A stretch of 64,000 nt of DNA from the human T2T-CHM13v2.0 reference genome, Homo sapiens (GCF_009914755.1 NC_060932.1); one strand, 5' to 3'. Positions 1 to 13,661 are shown, counted from the stretch's first letter. Notes: generated from the sequence alone by a model not told the origin. Translations and numbers: made by a program.

Positions 1-112
1 CAGCAGATCTGTAGTCTAGACTGTTAATCTCATGTGTTGATATACCATGCCTCTTCATAGCATTCTATGACACTGTTGTAGATTGTGTTCTCTTTGCATG
101 GACTTCAACCGG

Positions 113-143
113 TTTCGTTGTTGTTGTTGTTGTTGTTGTTGTT
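113..143. repeat. (GTT)n microsatellite
   Basis: Direct reading. Confidence 0.9.
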
Positions 144-582
144 TTTAGACATTAGCTAAAGATGTAGTTCAACCAATGTCTGCTATTTTAAATGTGTTGT
201 ATTAGGTAGCCATTGAGGATGCAAAGATGAACAAGATATATTTCTTGCCTTTGGGGAGCTCCCAAGGGAAAAAATAATATAATGATAAGAAATAAAACAT
301 AGCTGGTAAAATTACTCTATAATGTGTAACTTATATAAAGTGTCTTAAGATTGTGGTACATATTCAGGGTCAATTTTATAAGGAGAAGGTAAGTTTTGAG
401 AGGTTCTGGGTAGGTTTTCAGTCCTAAATATTTCTCCTATTACCTGTCATAGTATTTCATATTCCGCTATTACCTAATGGCTTATTTTCATAATACAAAG
501 CTTTTAGCCTTTCTGGAACACTGAAATATAAATATTCCTGAGGGCACTATCCCAAGCTATTGTCACATACAAATCTTCATAG

Positions 583-636
583 AAAGCAAGTGGGTGGAGA
601 AAATCAAGTGTAGGAAAAAGGATGCTGAAAGATGTG
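583..636 (+). CDS. RIMS2: Candidate 54-nt cassette exon, phase 1-1 (xSKWVEKIKCRKKDAERC)
   Basis: cttcatag acceptor, GTG|gtagag weak donor, purine-rich, open in phase 1. Confidence 0.3.
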
Positions 637-785
637 GTAGAGTGCTAGTTGTCTTGGAAGGGTTATAATGGCAAAATCTGTTCATTCTAAATTTTATTAT
701 TTGCCGTGTAGATATGCTATAAATCTACTTTTTAAAATAACTTGGTATGTTAAAATTGCTTAGAACAAATAGTTGTCACATAATA

Positions 786-1086
786 GGCCAGGTGCAGTGG
801 CTCACAGCTGTAATCCCAAAGCTTTAGGAGACTTGCTTGAGGAAAGGAGTTTGAGACCAGCCTGGACAACCTAATAAGACCCTGCCTCTACCAAAAACAA
901 AAAAATTTAAAAATTACGCAGGCATAGTGTTGCACACCTCTAGTCCCAGCTACTTGGGAGCTTGAGGCAGGAAGATCGCTGAGCCCAGGAGTTTGAGGCT
1001 CCAGTGAGCTGTGACTGCACCACCACACTCCAGCCTGGGTGACAGAGGGTGACTCTGTCTGTAAAGCAAATATACAAACAAAAAAG
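786..1086 (+). mobile_element. AluJ
   Basis: Dimeric Alu with J-type gcttgagcccaggagtttgaggct and an internal deletion. Confidence 0.9.
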
Positions 1087-1280
1087 TTTGAAGTTGGGAA
1101 GATGAAGTGAAACGATACTTGTTGCATAATAATTACTATATAAATGTTAGTTATTACTGTAATTTCTTAGTAATGTCTTGCTATAATTTTGTATTTGTGG
1201 CACAAAATCTGAAAATTTTTGTTTTATATTTGAAGTCAAATTAAGTCTGATTATGATCACCCTGAAGCAGTTGTTAAACG

Positions 1281-1283
<3 letters not shown>

Positions 1284-1313
<30 letters not shown>
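1284..1313. repeat. (CA)n microsatellite
   Basis: Direct reading. Confidence 0.9.
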
Positions 1314-1320
<7 letters not shown>

Positions 1321-1652
1321 TACCACATAATGCTGTTTTGGTCAATAACAGACTCCATATACAACAATAGTCTCATTATCATACTGTGCTTTTCCTGTAC
1401 CTTTTCTATATTTAGATATGTTTAAATACATATATACTTATTGTGTTGTAATTGCCTGCAGTATTTAGTATGGTAACAAGCTGTACAGGTTTGTAGTCTA
1501 GGAGCAATAAGCTATATCAAATAGCCTAGGTATATAATAGGCTACCCCATCTAGGTTTGTGTGAGTACACTCTGTAATCTTTGCACAATGACGAAATCAC
1601 CTAACAATGCATTTCTCAGAACATATCCCTGTCGTTGAGCAATGTATGACTG
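1313..1652 (+). mobile_element. Tigger3a-like (TcMar-Tigger) non-autonomous DNA transposon
   Basis: cagtaatg...atgactg termini; internal tgtacaggtttgtagtctaggagcaata matches recalled consensus. Confidence 0.8.
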
Positions 1653-3514
1653 TATATAGTTTAGTAGATTTTTGGAAATTAGTAATCATGATGCTATTTT
1701 TAATCAAATGACTTGCATAAGAAACAATACCAGGGTGGAAATAAATAGAATTGGATTGCAGTATAAGTTATTTCATAACGTGCTAATACATTTCTACATA
1801 TTTCAATGCATGTGTAAAAATCAATATGCAAATTTTAGGATACTTTTCTCTAGGCCAGAGAACTGTTTAATCCATTAGGATTTAACAAAAAGTAAGAATT
1901 TTTGGAGATGTGGCTGATAAAGTCTAAAGTCTCAAATAGTTTTGTTTCCATTTTATTGTTTATGTTTCATTATTGTTTGTTAATTTTGTTTGGTTTTGGA
2001 AAGTTAACATCTACAACCTTCCTAATTGGCTGTTAGTGATTAATTCTTTGCCAGGATTATATAGACTAAAGCCTACCGTATCACCTATTAAAAAGTCAGA
2101 TCCCTGAAAATACACAATGAGATGGAAAAAAAAATTGTGTTCCTTTAATGTGTACAATTTCTACATTGTTTCAAATACAGATAACCTTATAAATAAGAAA
2201 GAAAGAAATGGAAAGAGGGAGGAGAGGGGGAAAAATAAAAACAAACAAACATATTTAAAAAGTTTACAAAGGAACCAAAAGTGATAGTTATTTTGACAGT
2301 CTTTGTAATTAATGATTGCTTCTGCAGGCATTCTAGGTATTGGATACCATTTAGGGTGACAGGATACAACAGTGATGAAGGAGCTTGGCTTTGTTTTGTT
2401 GCCTCTTTCTATTCTCATGAATGCTACTAGGGCAGGGAGAATGTTAGCACCCATATCTTAATTTCCAAATTTGATTAATATGTAGCTAGGAATGGATTTT
2501 ATGGTGGAATTGGTGGATATTTCCTAAGTATATCATTCCCTCCCAACTTAGATAAATGACCATGTGTCCAAAATTAATATGAGAGAGATTCAGGGATACT
2601 TTAAAATACCAAGGGATTTATCATATGTTTTTGAGCAGGATGGACATTCAGTCACATCTGTATTAAGAAAAGTAACTTGGTGACAGCAAGCAAGATGGAC
2701 TTGAAAGAGGAGAAACTGAGGGCATAGGACCATTTAGGGCAATTCAGTCGTCCGGTATTTGATGGCCTGAACTAAAGCAGAGGTTGGAATAAAGAGGAAG
2801 GAATGCACTTAAGATTTCCTCTCCCCATTCATAATCCATAAACTTAAGTGTACCTGTTGTTTAAGTGAAATACTTGTAAATGAATATTTCTAATTTCTTT
2901 TCCTAACCTTTCCTTTCATTCTGGGAGCCTTTCCCCTTTAATTTACTTTTGTTTCCCTTTTCTCATCTTATTTCTTCTATGCTTCGAAAGTCCCAACTGA
3001 CTAAACAAATTTAGAAAAGAACTCCCTTTCACCTCATACCTTCCTGCAAACTTAGTCATTCTTCAAGGCCATATCATTGTTGACTTCCTAAATGCAATCC
3101 TTAAATCATCTTCTCTTTGTTGTTGAAAGTAACTTAATCTTAGGAAGGTGATATGATACAAGAGAAAGAGTGTAGTTCTTGAAACTTTGCCTCAGGGCCT
3201 GCTTTACAATGTACTAACTGTGTGACTCTAGACCCTTGCCCCAAGTTAGTTCATCTGAGAAAAGGAAATTGTAACATATTTCTCTCATTCCCAGTATGCT
3301 ACTATGAAAATCAAGTGATGTAATGAGTATGAAATTGTAAACTAAGATAATTTTTCAGTGCTTATCCTTATCTGTCAGTTCTATTTTCTCACCTGTATAA
3401 ACCACCTAATAGAAGGTCCCATCTGTGTTTTGTAGGGTCAAATGTGATGCCATCTGTGAAAGCATATTGGAACATATAATATTATACAAATCTTACTAAT
3501 AAATGAATTTATGC

Positions 3515-3764
3515 TATTTTATTTTATTTAGAGAAAGGGTCTCACTGTCACTCAGGCTGGAGTGGAATGGTGTGATAATAACTCACTGCAGCCTTGACCT
3601 CCTGGGCTCAACTGATTCTCACACCTCAGCCTTCCAAGTAGCTGAACTACAGGCACATGCCACTATGCCTGGCTAATTTTTAAAAGTTTTTTTAGAGATA
3701 GAATCTCTAAAAAAAAAAAGATCTAAAGAAAGAGAACCTATGTTGTCCAGGCTGGTCTCAAACT
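3515..3764 (-). mobile_element. AluJ, 5'-truncated, with internal rearrangement
   Basis: Reverse Alu motifs. Confidence 0.85.
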
Positions 3765-4370
3765 GTATGCTCTTTAAATTATAGTGTTCAGATAGAATTT
3801 GCTACATGTTGTGATGAAGACTAGCTAGAATATAATTACTTTGCAGATGTATGGGTTTCTTAAATATTACTTACTAAAAAGTCACCTCTTAGTTAAGTCT
3901 CCATGAATATAATCACTCTTCAAATTACCTAATATTTATTAAATCAAGCTTTAATCTACAAGTTAAAGATGGGATACATATAATGATCATTTAAGAATTT
4001 CAAATCTTAAAGCTTGTTCTTCTGTATTTTATTGAATTTTAAAAACAAATTAACTTTTAATTACATGCCATTTTAATTAATTCTGTTCTTTTTATGACTT
4101 TAATTATGTTTTAAAAATAGATGCTTGAGTTTCAGTATAAAGCTTAATAGTAGCCACATTTGGAACTTCTGGAAAATCTTGTAAACTCTCAGTGCCTCAA
4201 TTTCACCATCTCTGTTATAGGTACTCTTCTATAAAATCCCATTTGACAAATCAACTTAAGATCAAAAGATGTAAGAGTAATTTTAGAGGTGGAAATAACC
4301 TTATAAATTTTCAAGACCAGCTTTATCCCATCAAATATAACAAATCTAGATGTCATAGAGGTTATCAAGA

Positions 4371-4970
4371 TGTTACTGGAAGGGAGCCCTGATCCAGACT
4401 CCAAGAGAGGATTCTCGTATCTCAAACAAGAAAGAATTCAAGGCAAGTCCACAAAGTGAAAGCAAGTCTATTAAGAAAGTAAAAGAATAGAGAATGGTTA
4501 CTACATAGGCAGAGCAGCCTGCTGCTGGTTGCCTATTTTTATGGTTATTTTTGATTATATGCTAAACAAGAGGTGGATTATTCATGAATTTTCCAAGAAA
4601 GGGGTGGACAATTCCCAGAACTGAGGGATTCTCCCCTTTTTAGACCATATAGGGTAACTTCCTGACATTGCCATGCCATTTGTAAACTGAAATGGCACTG
4701 GAGTAAGTGCCTTTTAGCATGCTAATGCATTCTAACTAGCATATGAACCGTGAGGACAAAGAAGTCACTCTCGTTGCCATCTTGGTTTTGGTGGGATTTG
4801 GCTGGCTTCTTTACTGCATGCTGTTTTATTAGCGAGGTCTTCATGATCTCCTGTCTCATCCTGTGACTTAGAATGCCTAACATCCTGGGAATGTAGCCCA
4901 GCAAATCTCAGCCTTATTTTACCCAGCCCCTATTCAACATGCAGTTGCTCTGGTTCAAATTCTTCTGACA
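4371..4970 (-). mobile_element. MER41B solo LTR (ERV1) inserted into a MIR
   Basis: TG...CA termini; reverse complement starts tgtcagaagaatttgaaccagagcaact like MER41; GAS-bearing segment retained; MIR-like halves on both sides. Confidence 0.85.
4591..4620. promoter_or_regulatory. Tandem STAT GAS motifs TTCCAAGAA (4591-4599) and TTCCCAGAA (4612-4620)
   Basis: Both fit TTCN3GAA within MER41B; activity not demonstrable from sequence. Confidence 0.55.
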
Positions 4971-5785
4971 AAACTTGCCTAAAGTTATAGGCCTAGTTAA
5001 TGGCAGAGATATTCCGACCAGCCAGCTTTCCTGGCTCAATATGGTGACATATATATTACCTTTTCTATCAATCATTGATAGCTTTGATCTAGTTCTTTCA
5101 TTGTCTTAAGCTGATATTCATAAATTTATGGTTATTGGAACTTTTCTGTTACCAGCATATATTACTTTTCAACAAATATTTGCTAATTTCAAAGGTTTAT
5201 TTTTTCCTCCACATTTCAGAAAATGCTGTCTGCCAATTTACAGATAGGCTGACTATTTTTAAAACAGCCTATTTCTTCTTCTGTGTACTCAATCTTGCTT
5301 CAGAAGATAGAATGTCATCTATTTTTTGGAACATCACAAATTTATGAAATGGCAAAAGGTGAAATAGCTTTTAAAAATGATAACCATGTAGCATTTGATT
5401 TTGGGAACAACTCTGTAACACGTGTAAAATCTTTCTTAATTATTCGTAGATAACAAAAAGTGTAGGTAATTCAGAATCAACAAATACTTTAATATTAATG
5501 AGATTATTTTTCCCAACGTGGGGGAAATACTCTGTTGTTTTTTGCATTACCGCAGATTAATGCTGATCAGGGAGCAGTAGTGTATCCAAAATCACCTATA
5601 TTTGATGTTACAGTATAGCATATTTTTCCATTTTTGGCAGTGGTTTCATCTTTCCAGTTATGTTTTACTTAGCTTGATATTATAAAATATGTTAGTATTC
5701 CACTATTTATGGCTAAAGGTAGATAGGATACCAGAGCATTGTGTATGGCATGGTGAAACTCTATAGGGATTAAAATACACATAGA

Positions 5786-5905
5786 GCCTGGCAAGGTGGC
5801 TCATGCCATAATCCCAGCTACTCGGGAAGCTGAAGCGGGAGGATAACTTGAGACCAGAAGTTCAAGACCAGCCTGAGCAACATAGCAAGATCGTGTGGCT
5901 AAAAT
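5786..5905 (+). mobile_element. FLAM (free left Alu monomer)
   Basis: Single Alu monomer with A-rich end. Confidence 0.8.
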
Positions 5906-6059
5906 ATTTCTTAAATAAAAATCAAATATATATAATTAATAACTAATTGACTTATAGTATGGCTTTAGAAACATATAAATAAAAAGAAAGACAAGTTATA
6001 AGATATATAATTATTTGTGAATGCTACTATGAGAATAAGATTAAATGGTGGCCAGTGAA

Positions 6060-6600
6060 TCTTTTGTTCCATGGCCTATAAGGCCCTACATGACCTGTGC
6101 TCCCCCACTTCCCATCTCCATTACTACTTCAATCTTATCTATTACTTTTTTCTTTGTTTGTTATGCCCCAGCCAAAGTGACCTCCATGCTTTTCTGGAAC
6201 ATATCAGACATGCTTCTAACTCAGGACATTTGCACATGCTGCTCCTCTGCCTGGAATACCTTCTCTTTAAATAACCATATGGCTAACTCCCTTACTATCT
6301 TAAGTTCTGTACTCAAAAGTTGCCTTCTTAGAGAAGACTTCCCTTCCTGCCTTATCAAAAATTTCATTACCTCTGGATATTTTATTTCCTTCTTACCTAC
6401 TTTGTTTGTCTTTTTAGCATTTATCAATATTTAGGTCATAGTATATTTTACTTATCTTGTTTATAATCACTCTCTCCCATTAAAATATAAACTTTATGAA
6501 TGTATGGGGTTTTGCCTGTTTTGTTTGTTGTTATATCCCTGTACCCAGACATGCCTGGATTACAGTAGGTGCTGAATATATATTTATTAAATGAATGATT
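6060..6600 (+). mobile_element. L2 3' end
   Basis: Ends cagtaggtgctgaatatatatttattaaatgaatga, typical L2 tail. Confidence 0.8.
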
Positions 6601-7259
6601 GTTAACCACATGAGAAATAATTGTAGATAATCTTAGATGAGCCAAGTAACTCATATTCAATGATACCAAGCTGTTACTACTAAATATCTTTGTCTTCCTT
6701 TATCAAGATTTTTATCAAAATAATATCTCATAGCATATAAATGTTTGTCATTTATGAAGATACTAAATATGGTAATAAAATAGCCGTTTTATCTCATGTA
6801 TTGAAATGTATTTATGAATTTTCTCTTGATGTTTCAAAATTTCTACATTGTAATTCTATATAAACATTTCATTTCATCACAATAAAACAATGTTTAGTAA
6901 AATGCTTATTTCTAAAATAAGCTAGTATGTATTATTTAACATAAACTAAGAAAAGACCTTGTCAAACCATTTTAATTATTAGTTTATTCATACCTTGACT
7001 GCATTCATTTTATTGAAAATGAAGTTTGGGATATACTAGAAGTAAATTTTGTGCTTTGGAATTTGAAATCTATTAAGCAAAATTTTAATGTCACATTTCT
7101 ATATTTAAAATGTTAACTGCATATTACATAGTTTATGTGAGAATTTAGGAAAAATATCCCCCAAAATCCCATAGATCCCTGAAGTATATTTAGATTCTTG
7201 TTATGCATATTATCTAATGTTTCTGATAAGCCCTGATTATTATTTTTGATTTATACTAG

Positions 7260-7349
7260 AAGTTACATGGGAAGACCAGCAGAAAAAGGTGAATGGTACA
7301 ATAAGTGATGACAAACCATTGCCGAAAAAGAAACACCAGTCTGAGACAG
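7260..7349 (+). CDS. RIMS2: Cassette exon, 90 nt, phase 1-1 (xVTWEDQQKKVNGTISDDKPLPKKKHQSET)
   Basis: tttatactag acceptor, CAG|gtttgt donor, only one open frame across the exon, in frame with the next exon. Confidence 0.65.
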
Positions 7350-7978
7350 GTTTGTCAGGGTTTGGAAACCATATGAAAGCATGAGACTACAAGCATTGCA
7401 TTTCATGCTTTTTAAAATGCGTGTGTGCTTGTTGTACCTCATTTTTCTCATTTTGGTGTGGACTTGATAGTGTGTAGATTCCATTTAGATTAGTGTGGTA
7501 AATACTTTATTTCAAGATTTGTTTAGAAAACTAATTACACATATTTTGGGAAAAAATATAATTATTTTATTATTATGAAGATTAGTCCTTTAGGGAAAAA
7601 ATGACTAATTTAAATACAGATGGTCATCCACTTTACATATTTGATTATGTTGACTAAAATTGAAGTACTTTAATGCAGAGGTACTTGCTTCCCTAAAAAG
7701 TACAATAAAAGCTCAATATACTATCTAAAGTTTGTCTTTGTAGGATATTTCCATTATTTAATTGCAAATGCTATTGAGATATTTATACCATATATTGGTA
7801 ATTATTTATTTACAATCTCTGGAGATAAAAAATATCACCAACCACAAGGAAGAGGGTTAGCATAGTATGTGAATTCAATAAGGAGTCTCTTCAAACTGTT
7901 AATTCTACCAGTGAATTGAAACAAAGTGTTTTTGTTTTCCTCTCCCTTCCTTATTTTTTTGTGGAGAGATATAATTAA

Positions 7979-8107
7979 CCCATTTATGCTGGAGGTTACA
8001 CATTTTTTTGTGTGAAAATCAGACCTTGGCAATGACCTTAAGCAGTAGGATATAAATAACTCCCACAAGCTTAGCATTCCAATTATGGAACACTAGGCAT
8101 AAATGGA
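7979..8107 (+). mobile_element. MER85 non-autonomous piggyBac MITE
   Basis: TTAA at 7975-7978 and 8108-8111; TIRs cccatttatgc / gcataaatgga; internal gaccttaagcagtaggatataaataactcccac. Confidence 0.9.
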
Positions 8108-9239
8108 TTAAGTAGAAGACAAAACTTGAACCAAGAATAAAATGAAAAAAGACAAAGTGCAGAGATAATTGATTAACTAAAAAACCAGTACTACTTTTAA
8201 TTAGTAATTGGATGAGAATACATTGAAATTTTCATTGAAAATTTAAAACTTCAAGGGGAGTTTTACTAATGATATTATAATTAAAAATAGTTGTGTCTGT
8301 AGTAATAATGTTAAAGTATTTTTATGTGCTGACTCATTATTTCATGTTACAGCTCTAAGACCCATATTTTAAAAGATGTCAATGTAAAAATTAAACTAGT
8401 CTTTAACAAGTATTTGTTGCCATCCTTCTGTATTCCGAACATTATACTTGGCACTGACCTATTAGAGTAGACAAGACAGATACAGCAGTTACCCTCACAC
8501 AGCATATTATGTCTGTGAAAATACATAATTTAAATATAATTATAATAATGATTAAGCTATTACAATTGTAGTAAGTGCTATTAAGGAGAATAGGATGCTT
8601 TGAGAAAATGTATCATGTAACATAAGTCTGAAGAGCAAAGAAAGATGGCGTAGTGCTAATATTAATCTATGAATTATTTTTTAGTAAAACAGTACCTACT
8701 GAAAATGTAATAAAATAAACTGGAATTCACATTGGGAATTTAAATTTTTTCATAAAGTTGTAAGAAAATATATATTTTTTCAAATCTTCAGTTCATATCA
8801 GTTTATTGGGAAAATAGTGATTAGCTTAATATATTTAAGGATATTTTTAAGTAAACAAGATAAATATAAAATTAATGTTTTATGTTATGATTTATATATC
8901 AAAAATTATTACTGTAAACCTCTCCCCTTGCTACATTGTGTGATACAGGTTATCCTTGATCATAAGCTATTATTTATTTGTTGTCCACTTTGTCATCATG
9001 TCCAATACATGAATATGTTTGTGGCCATATGTATCTATGTAAATAAGTTACATTGTATATTAAAACACAAAACAATGCAATGTTTAAAAAATATTTTGAC
9101 ATCTCAGAAACACAACATTTTAAAGATCTATTTTAAATATTTTACTTAGTTGAATTTAACTATAGTGTCTTAATGTCATAGTTGAAAATGATTATAGTTT
9201 TTTTTTTGTTTTGGCGATTTTTTTTTTCCTGTATACTAG

Positions 9240-9278
9240 GAAAATTGGTCCTGGAAATTGAAACCCTAAATGTCATGA
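9240..9278 (+). CDS. RIMS2: Cassette exon, 39 nt, phase 1-1 (xKLVLEIETLNVM)
   Basis: Long T tract plus ctag acceptor, consensus gtaagt donor, only phase 1 open. Confidence 0.7.
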
Positions 9279-10041
9279 GTAAGTATGCAATATTCTAAGG
9301 CAGTAAAAACAATGTTAAATTTTAGTGCTTCATAAATATTCTTATCTGTTTGTTTCTAAAAGGAAATTGGGATATTTAAAGAATATTTTTAATTATCAAA
9401 ACTTTGGAGTGATAAAATGGGAGGAAAGTAGTAGGATGTAGGTATAGCAGATGATATTTCAACAACATGTTTATATATGCCTATGCTTTACAGAAGACAT
9501 GTTTGGAATTATGTCTCTTATGTTTAAGTGCATTTATGATATTAATAATCTATTGAATATAAAGTGCTTAATGTATAATTTTTATGTGCTGAAATCTAAG
9601 AAACCCATTTCAATAAATTGTCAAAGATTCCTTGTCAAAGGGTTAATGGGGCAAACTTGTGGCATCAGAAAAACTGTATGGGAATGAGCCCAAACTTGAG
9701 ATGGAAAGTTGGCTGTGCATCAATAGCATATATTGTTTTCTTTTTCAATTGGTGTTTTATGAAAATCTATGCCAGAACAATTTATAATACCTGGGAATTT
9801 GCCATTTCTGGGATGTTTACTAGCAATACAAATAACACTTGAAATTTTTATTTTAAATGTGAGACTATAGAACCAAGGAGCTAAATGGTATGACATGGAC
9901 TAGAAAACGAGTTAACAAGTATTTGGATGAATTTTGAGTACTATGACTAGTAATTGCTTTTTTTAAAGAATGATCTTGGTATTTCTGAACTGGGATGTCT
10001 TGAGAGGATTATCAGCAAAACAAGTGATTTACTTGCAGTAT

Positions 10042-10336
10042 CTTTTTTTTTTTTGAAACAGAGTTTCACTCTTGTTGCCCAGGCTGGAGTGCAATGGGGT
10101 GATCTCGGCTCACTGTAGCCTCCACCTCCTGGTTCAAGCGATTCTCCTGCCTCAGCCTACCAAGTAGCTGGGATTATAGGCACCCGCCACCACGCCTGGA
10201 TAATTTTTGTATTTTTAGTAGAGACGGGGTTTCACCATGTTGGCCAGGATGGTCTCAAACTCCTGAACTCAGGTGATCCACCCACCTCAGCCTCCCAAAG
10301 TGCTGGAATTACAGGCATGAGCTACGGTGCCCAGCC
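10042..10336 (-). mobile_element. AluS (Sq/Sp-like)
   Basis: Full Alu; TSD tacttgcagtat at 10030-10041 and 10338-10349. Confidence 0.92.
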
Positions 10337-10836
10337 CTACTTGCAGTATTTTTACCTTAATTGACATCAGTATAGATAAAGATCACTGGGAAATGTAATA
10401 TTTATCATATTAATAATTTTAACTTGTGAGTTTATCTTTCCTTATAGTAATTAGAAATGTTTATGAGAAAAGAGCACATTTACACGTAAAATATTTTAAG
10501 CTGATATTTTAATTACCACACAAAAAAGTAGTGGGAAAGCTCCCTTAAATTAGAAGTTCTTCAGGCTTAATGAATGTTTTGGAAGAGTTACAATTTTGCC
10601 TATTCTCCAAAATTAGTCTTAGAAACTAATCTTGGACTTATATAGTTCAGAATTTATTTATTTGGACATATAACTTTAAAATGATTATGAGCTTTGATTT
10701 GTTATTTTCTGAGTGTAAGTTATGCTACATCTAGGAAAATCTTGAATTGACACAGCTATTGTTATTGCAACTGAAACCATAACGTGCTCTTATCTTGTAT
10801 CTTATATGGAAAATAACTGTTTTTTTTTTGTAAAAG

Positions 10837-10867
10837 TGAAGGCAACTAAACCCTTTGCTGATATACT
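10837..10867 (+). CDS. RIMS2: Candidate 31-nt exon, phase 1-2 (xKATKPFADIx)
   Basis: T10 tract, gtaaaag acceptor, CT|gtatga donor, open reading. Confidence 0.4.
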
Positions 10868-11676
10868 GTATGATTTAACAGTATTTTTGAAAATTGAAAA
10901 TATTCAGAGTAACAAATTGTGTTTTACAACTTACTATAATATTTTAATGTGTACATAAGCTCCCAGATTTGGCATTATTTGCTTTAATTAATATATTAAT
11001 CTTTAATTTTTTTCTAACATGTACATTTCCATATTGTGTTCTTTATGGAATATATAAGTATAGTGTAGGTAGGTTTTTTTTTTTACTTAATTTTACCTTT
11101 GGAATTATGTTTTGTAAAATGTATCTTTAGGAAAAGTAAATATTCAATTAAGTATTTTGTTAGTGAATTTTATACTGTGAAATTTTTTTTGAGTATTTTG
11201 ATACTTTGTACTTTTGTTTCTTTTTATTCTTGAATGTTTAAGATTTTTTGAAAGTAGAAAAAATTTATTTTAGTCTAAAGCAGTATTCCACATCAGTCTT
11301 CTTATTAAATGCTAGTTTAAGCCATCCAGTCTGGAAAAAGGAATTAGGGTTCTGTTCTTGGTCATTATCAGCAGCTTGATAATTTCTGAATTGTTGTAAA
11401 ATAAACATATTTTATTCTTAATTGAAAAAATTTATGTAAGACAAACAAATGTTTTATATGACAAATCAGGTGATAGAATTTGGAATAACTACTACTAGTA
11501 TCTTAAGAAGTAAATAACACATTCTTTCATTGTAACCATGAAGTGAAATTTCATGATTTATGAAGTTAGTTGCTCATTTAAAATTAGTTCAGTTTTCTCT
11601 GCACATACAGATAAGTTTGTAATGCCAAGCCTGTTTTTCAGTAACCATCCTTCTTATGATAAACAGCATGCTATAG

Positions 11677-12008
<332 letters not shown>

Positions 12009-12154
12009 TGGAAATAAATTATTTTAAACTCCCTCAGTACATACTCTCTTTTTTTCTGCATTTAAAAATGTATTATATGTTGGATTTCAAAGATAAAGTC
12101 AGGGAAAAACAGCACAGCTCAAAATAGGAAGGCATTTAAAAAATAACCTTTTTA

Positions 12155-12465
<311 letters not shown>

Positions 12466-13020
12466 TTATGTAAGTATAGTGAATTTTTAAAAATAGCAAA
12501 GTATTTGAAAATACGGCACCTAATTTAATAGATGGCCATTTAATAGGTTGAAATTATTGTAAATGTTCAGTAATTTTATGGTTGTAGACAAAATTATTGG
12601 AAATAATCAGTTTAGAAATGATTAGTTCACATCATTTGGATTGAGAAATTTTTCAAAAAGGTTTTGTCACTGTGGAGATGTTCTAGTTTGTCATCTGTAA
12701 ACTTGGTAAGCATTTAGTTTTTATAGGAGACTTCTATTCTGATCTTTGTATCACTGAGGTCCTCCTACTAGGTTCTTACTTAGGCTTATTTTTTGAAAGG
12801 TATCTCTCCTTCCCCCAAAGGAAACATTCTAAGACTCTGTGACCTTTAATGAGCCCTCACACTATGATTAGCTTCTAATTATGTTCAAATTCTAATATAC
12901 ACTTAGAATCTTCATGCTTCTGTTTCATTGTGTCAGGAACGTTTTTAACATAATGCTTGTTTCTATGAGACATAGACACATAGACACATATTGTTCAACT
13001 ACAATTAAATCTGGTAACAG

Positions 13021-13049
13021 TACCAAGTGTATGCCTGTTGTAAATGGTG
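13021..13049 (+). CDS. RIMS2: Candidate 29-nt exon, phase 2-1 (xTKCMPVVNG)
   Basis: aacag acceptor with weak pyrimidine tract, strong GTG|gtaagt donor, restores frame after the 31-nt exon. Confidence 0.35.
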
Positions 13050-13384
13050 GTAAGTGAGAACATTAGCCAATCAGCAGAATTTCAGATAGATATCAAACAC
13101 CCTTGGTGAAAACTGCGTTTGTGGATAAAGAGGCCCCAAGTGTTTGTCTTTTTTAAGTTGATTACAGATGATCATTTCTGTTTGAACTTGAGACATGTGT
13201 TCAGTTGAAACATAACAATAGTTAAAACATTTTACTTTGGCAAGGAAAGAATTCTTAGTTTGCACAAAATTTTACATAAAATCTCACATCATATTCTCAT
13301 GAGCTTACTATATTACCAAATATGCTTGATGAAAGTGATTTTATACATGCATTAATATCTATATATGTAGATATGTAGATATAC

Positions 13385-13661
13385 AGTCATGCATCACATA
13401 ATGACAGTTCAGTCAAGGATGGATGCATATATGACAGTGGTTCCATAACATTATAATACTGTATTTTTACTGTATGTTTTCTATGTTTGGATATACAAAA
13501 TACAATTGTGTCACAGTTGCCTATAGTATTGAATAGAATAACATGCTGTACAGGTTTGTAGCCTAGGCACAACAGGACTATATCATAGCCTGGGTGTGTA
13601 GTAGGCTATACCATGTAAGTTTGTGTAATTACACTCTATAATACACAATAATGAAATCACA
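13385..13661 (+). mobile_element. Tigger3a-like, 3'-truncated
   Basis: ta|cagtcatgc terminus; clearly homologous to the copy at 1313-1652. Confidence 0.8.

Noticed and set aside
6045-6434. 129-aa plus-strand ORF
   Set aside because: Lies within an L2 relic; no splice or homology support
13086-13139. Open 54-nt phase 1-1 segment (RYQTPLVKTAFVDKEAP)
   Set aside because: Purine-rich acceptor context, poor donor (gtgttt), only 36 nt from the 13049 donor
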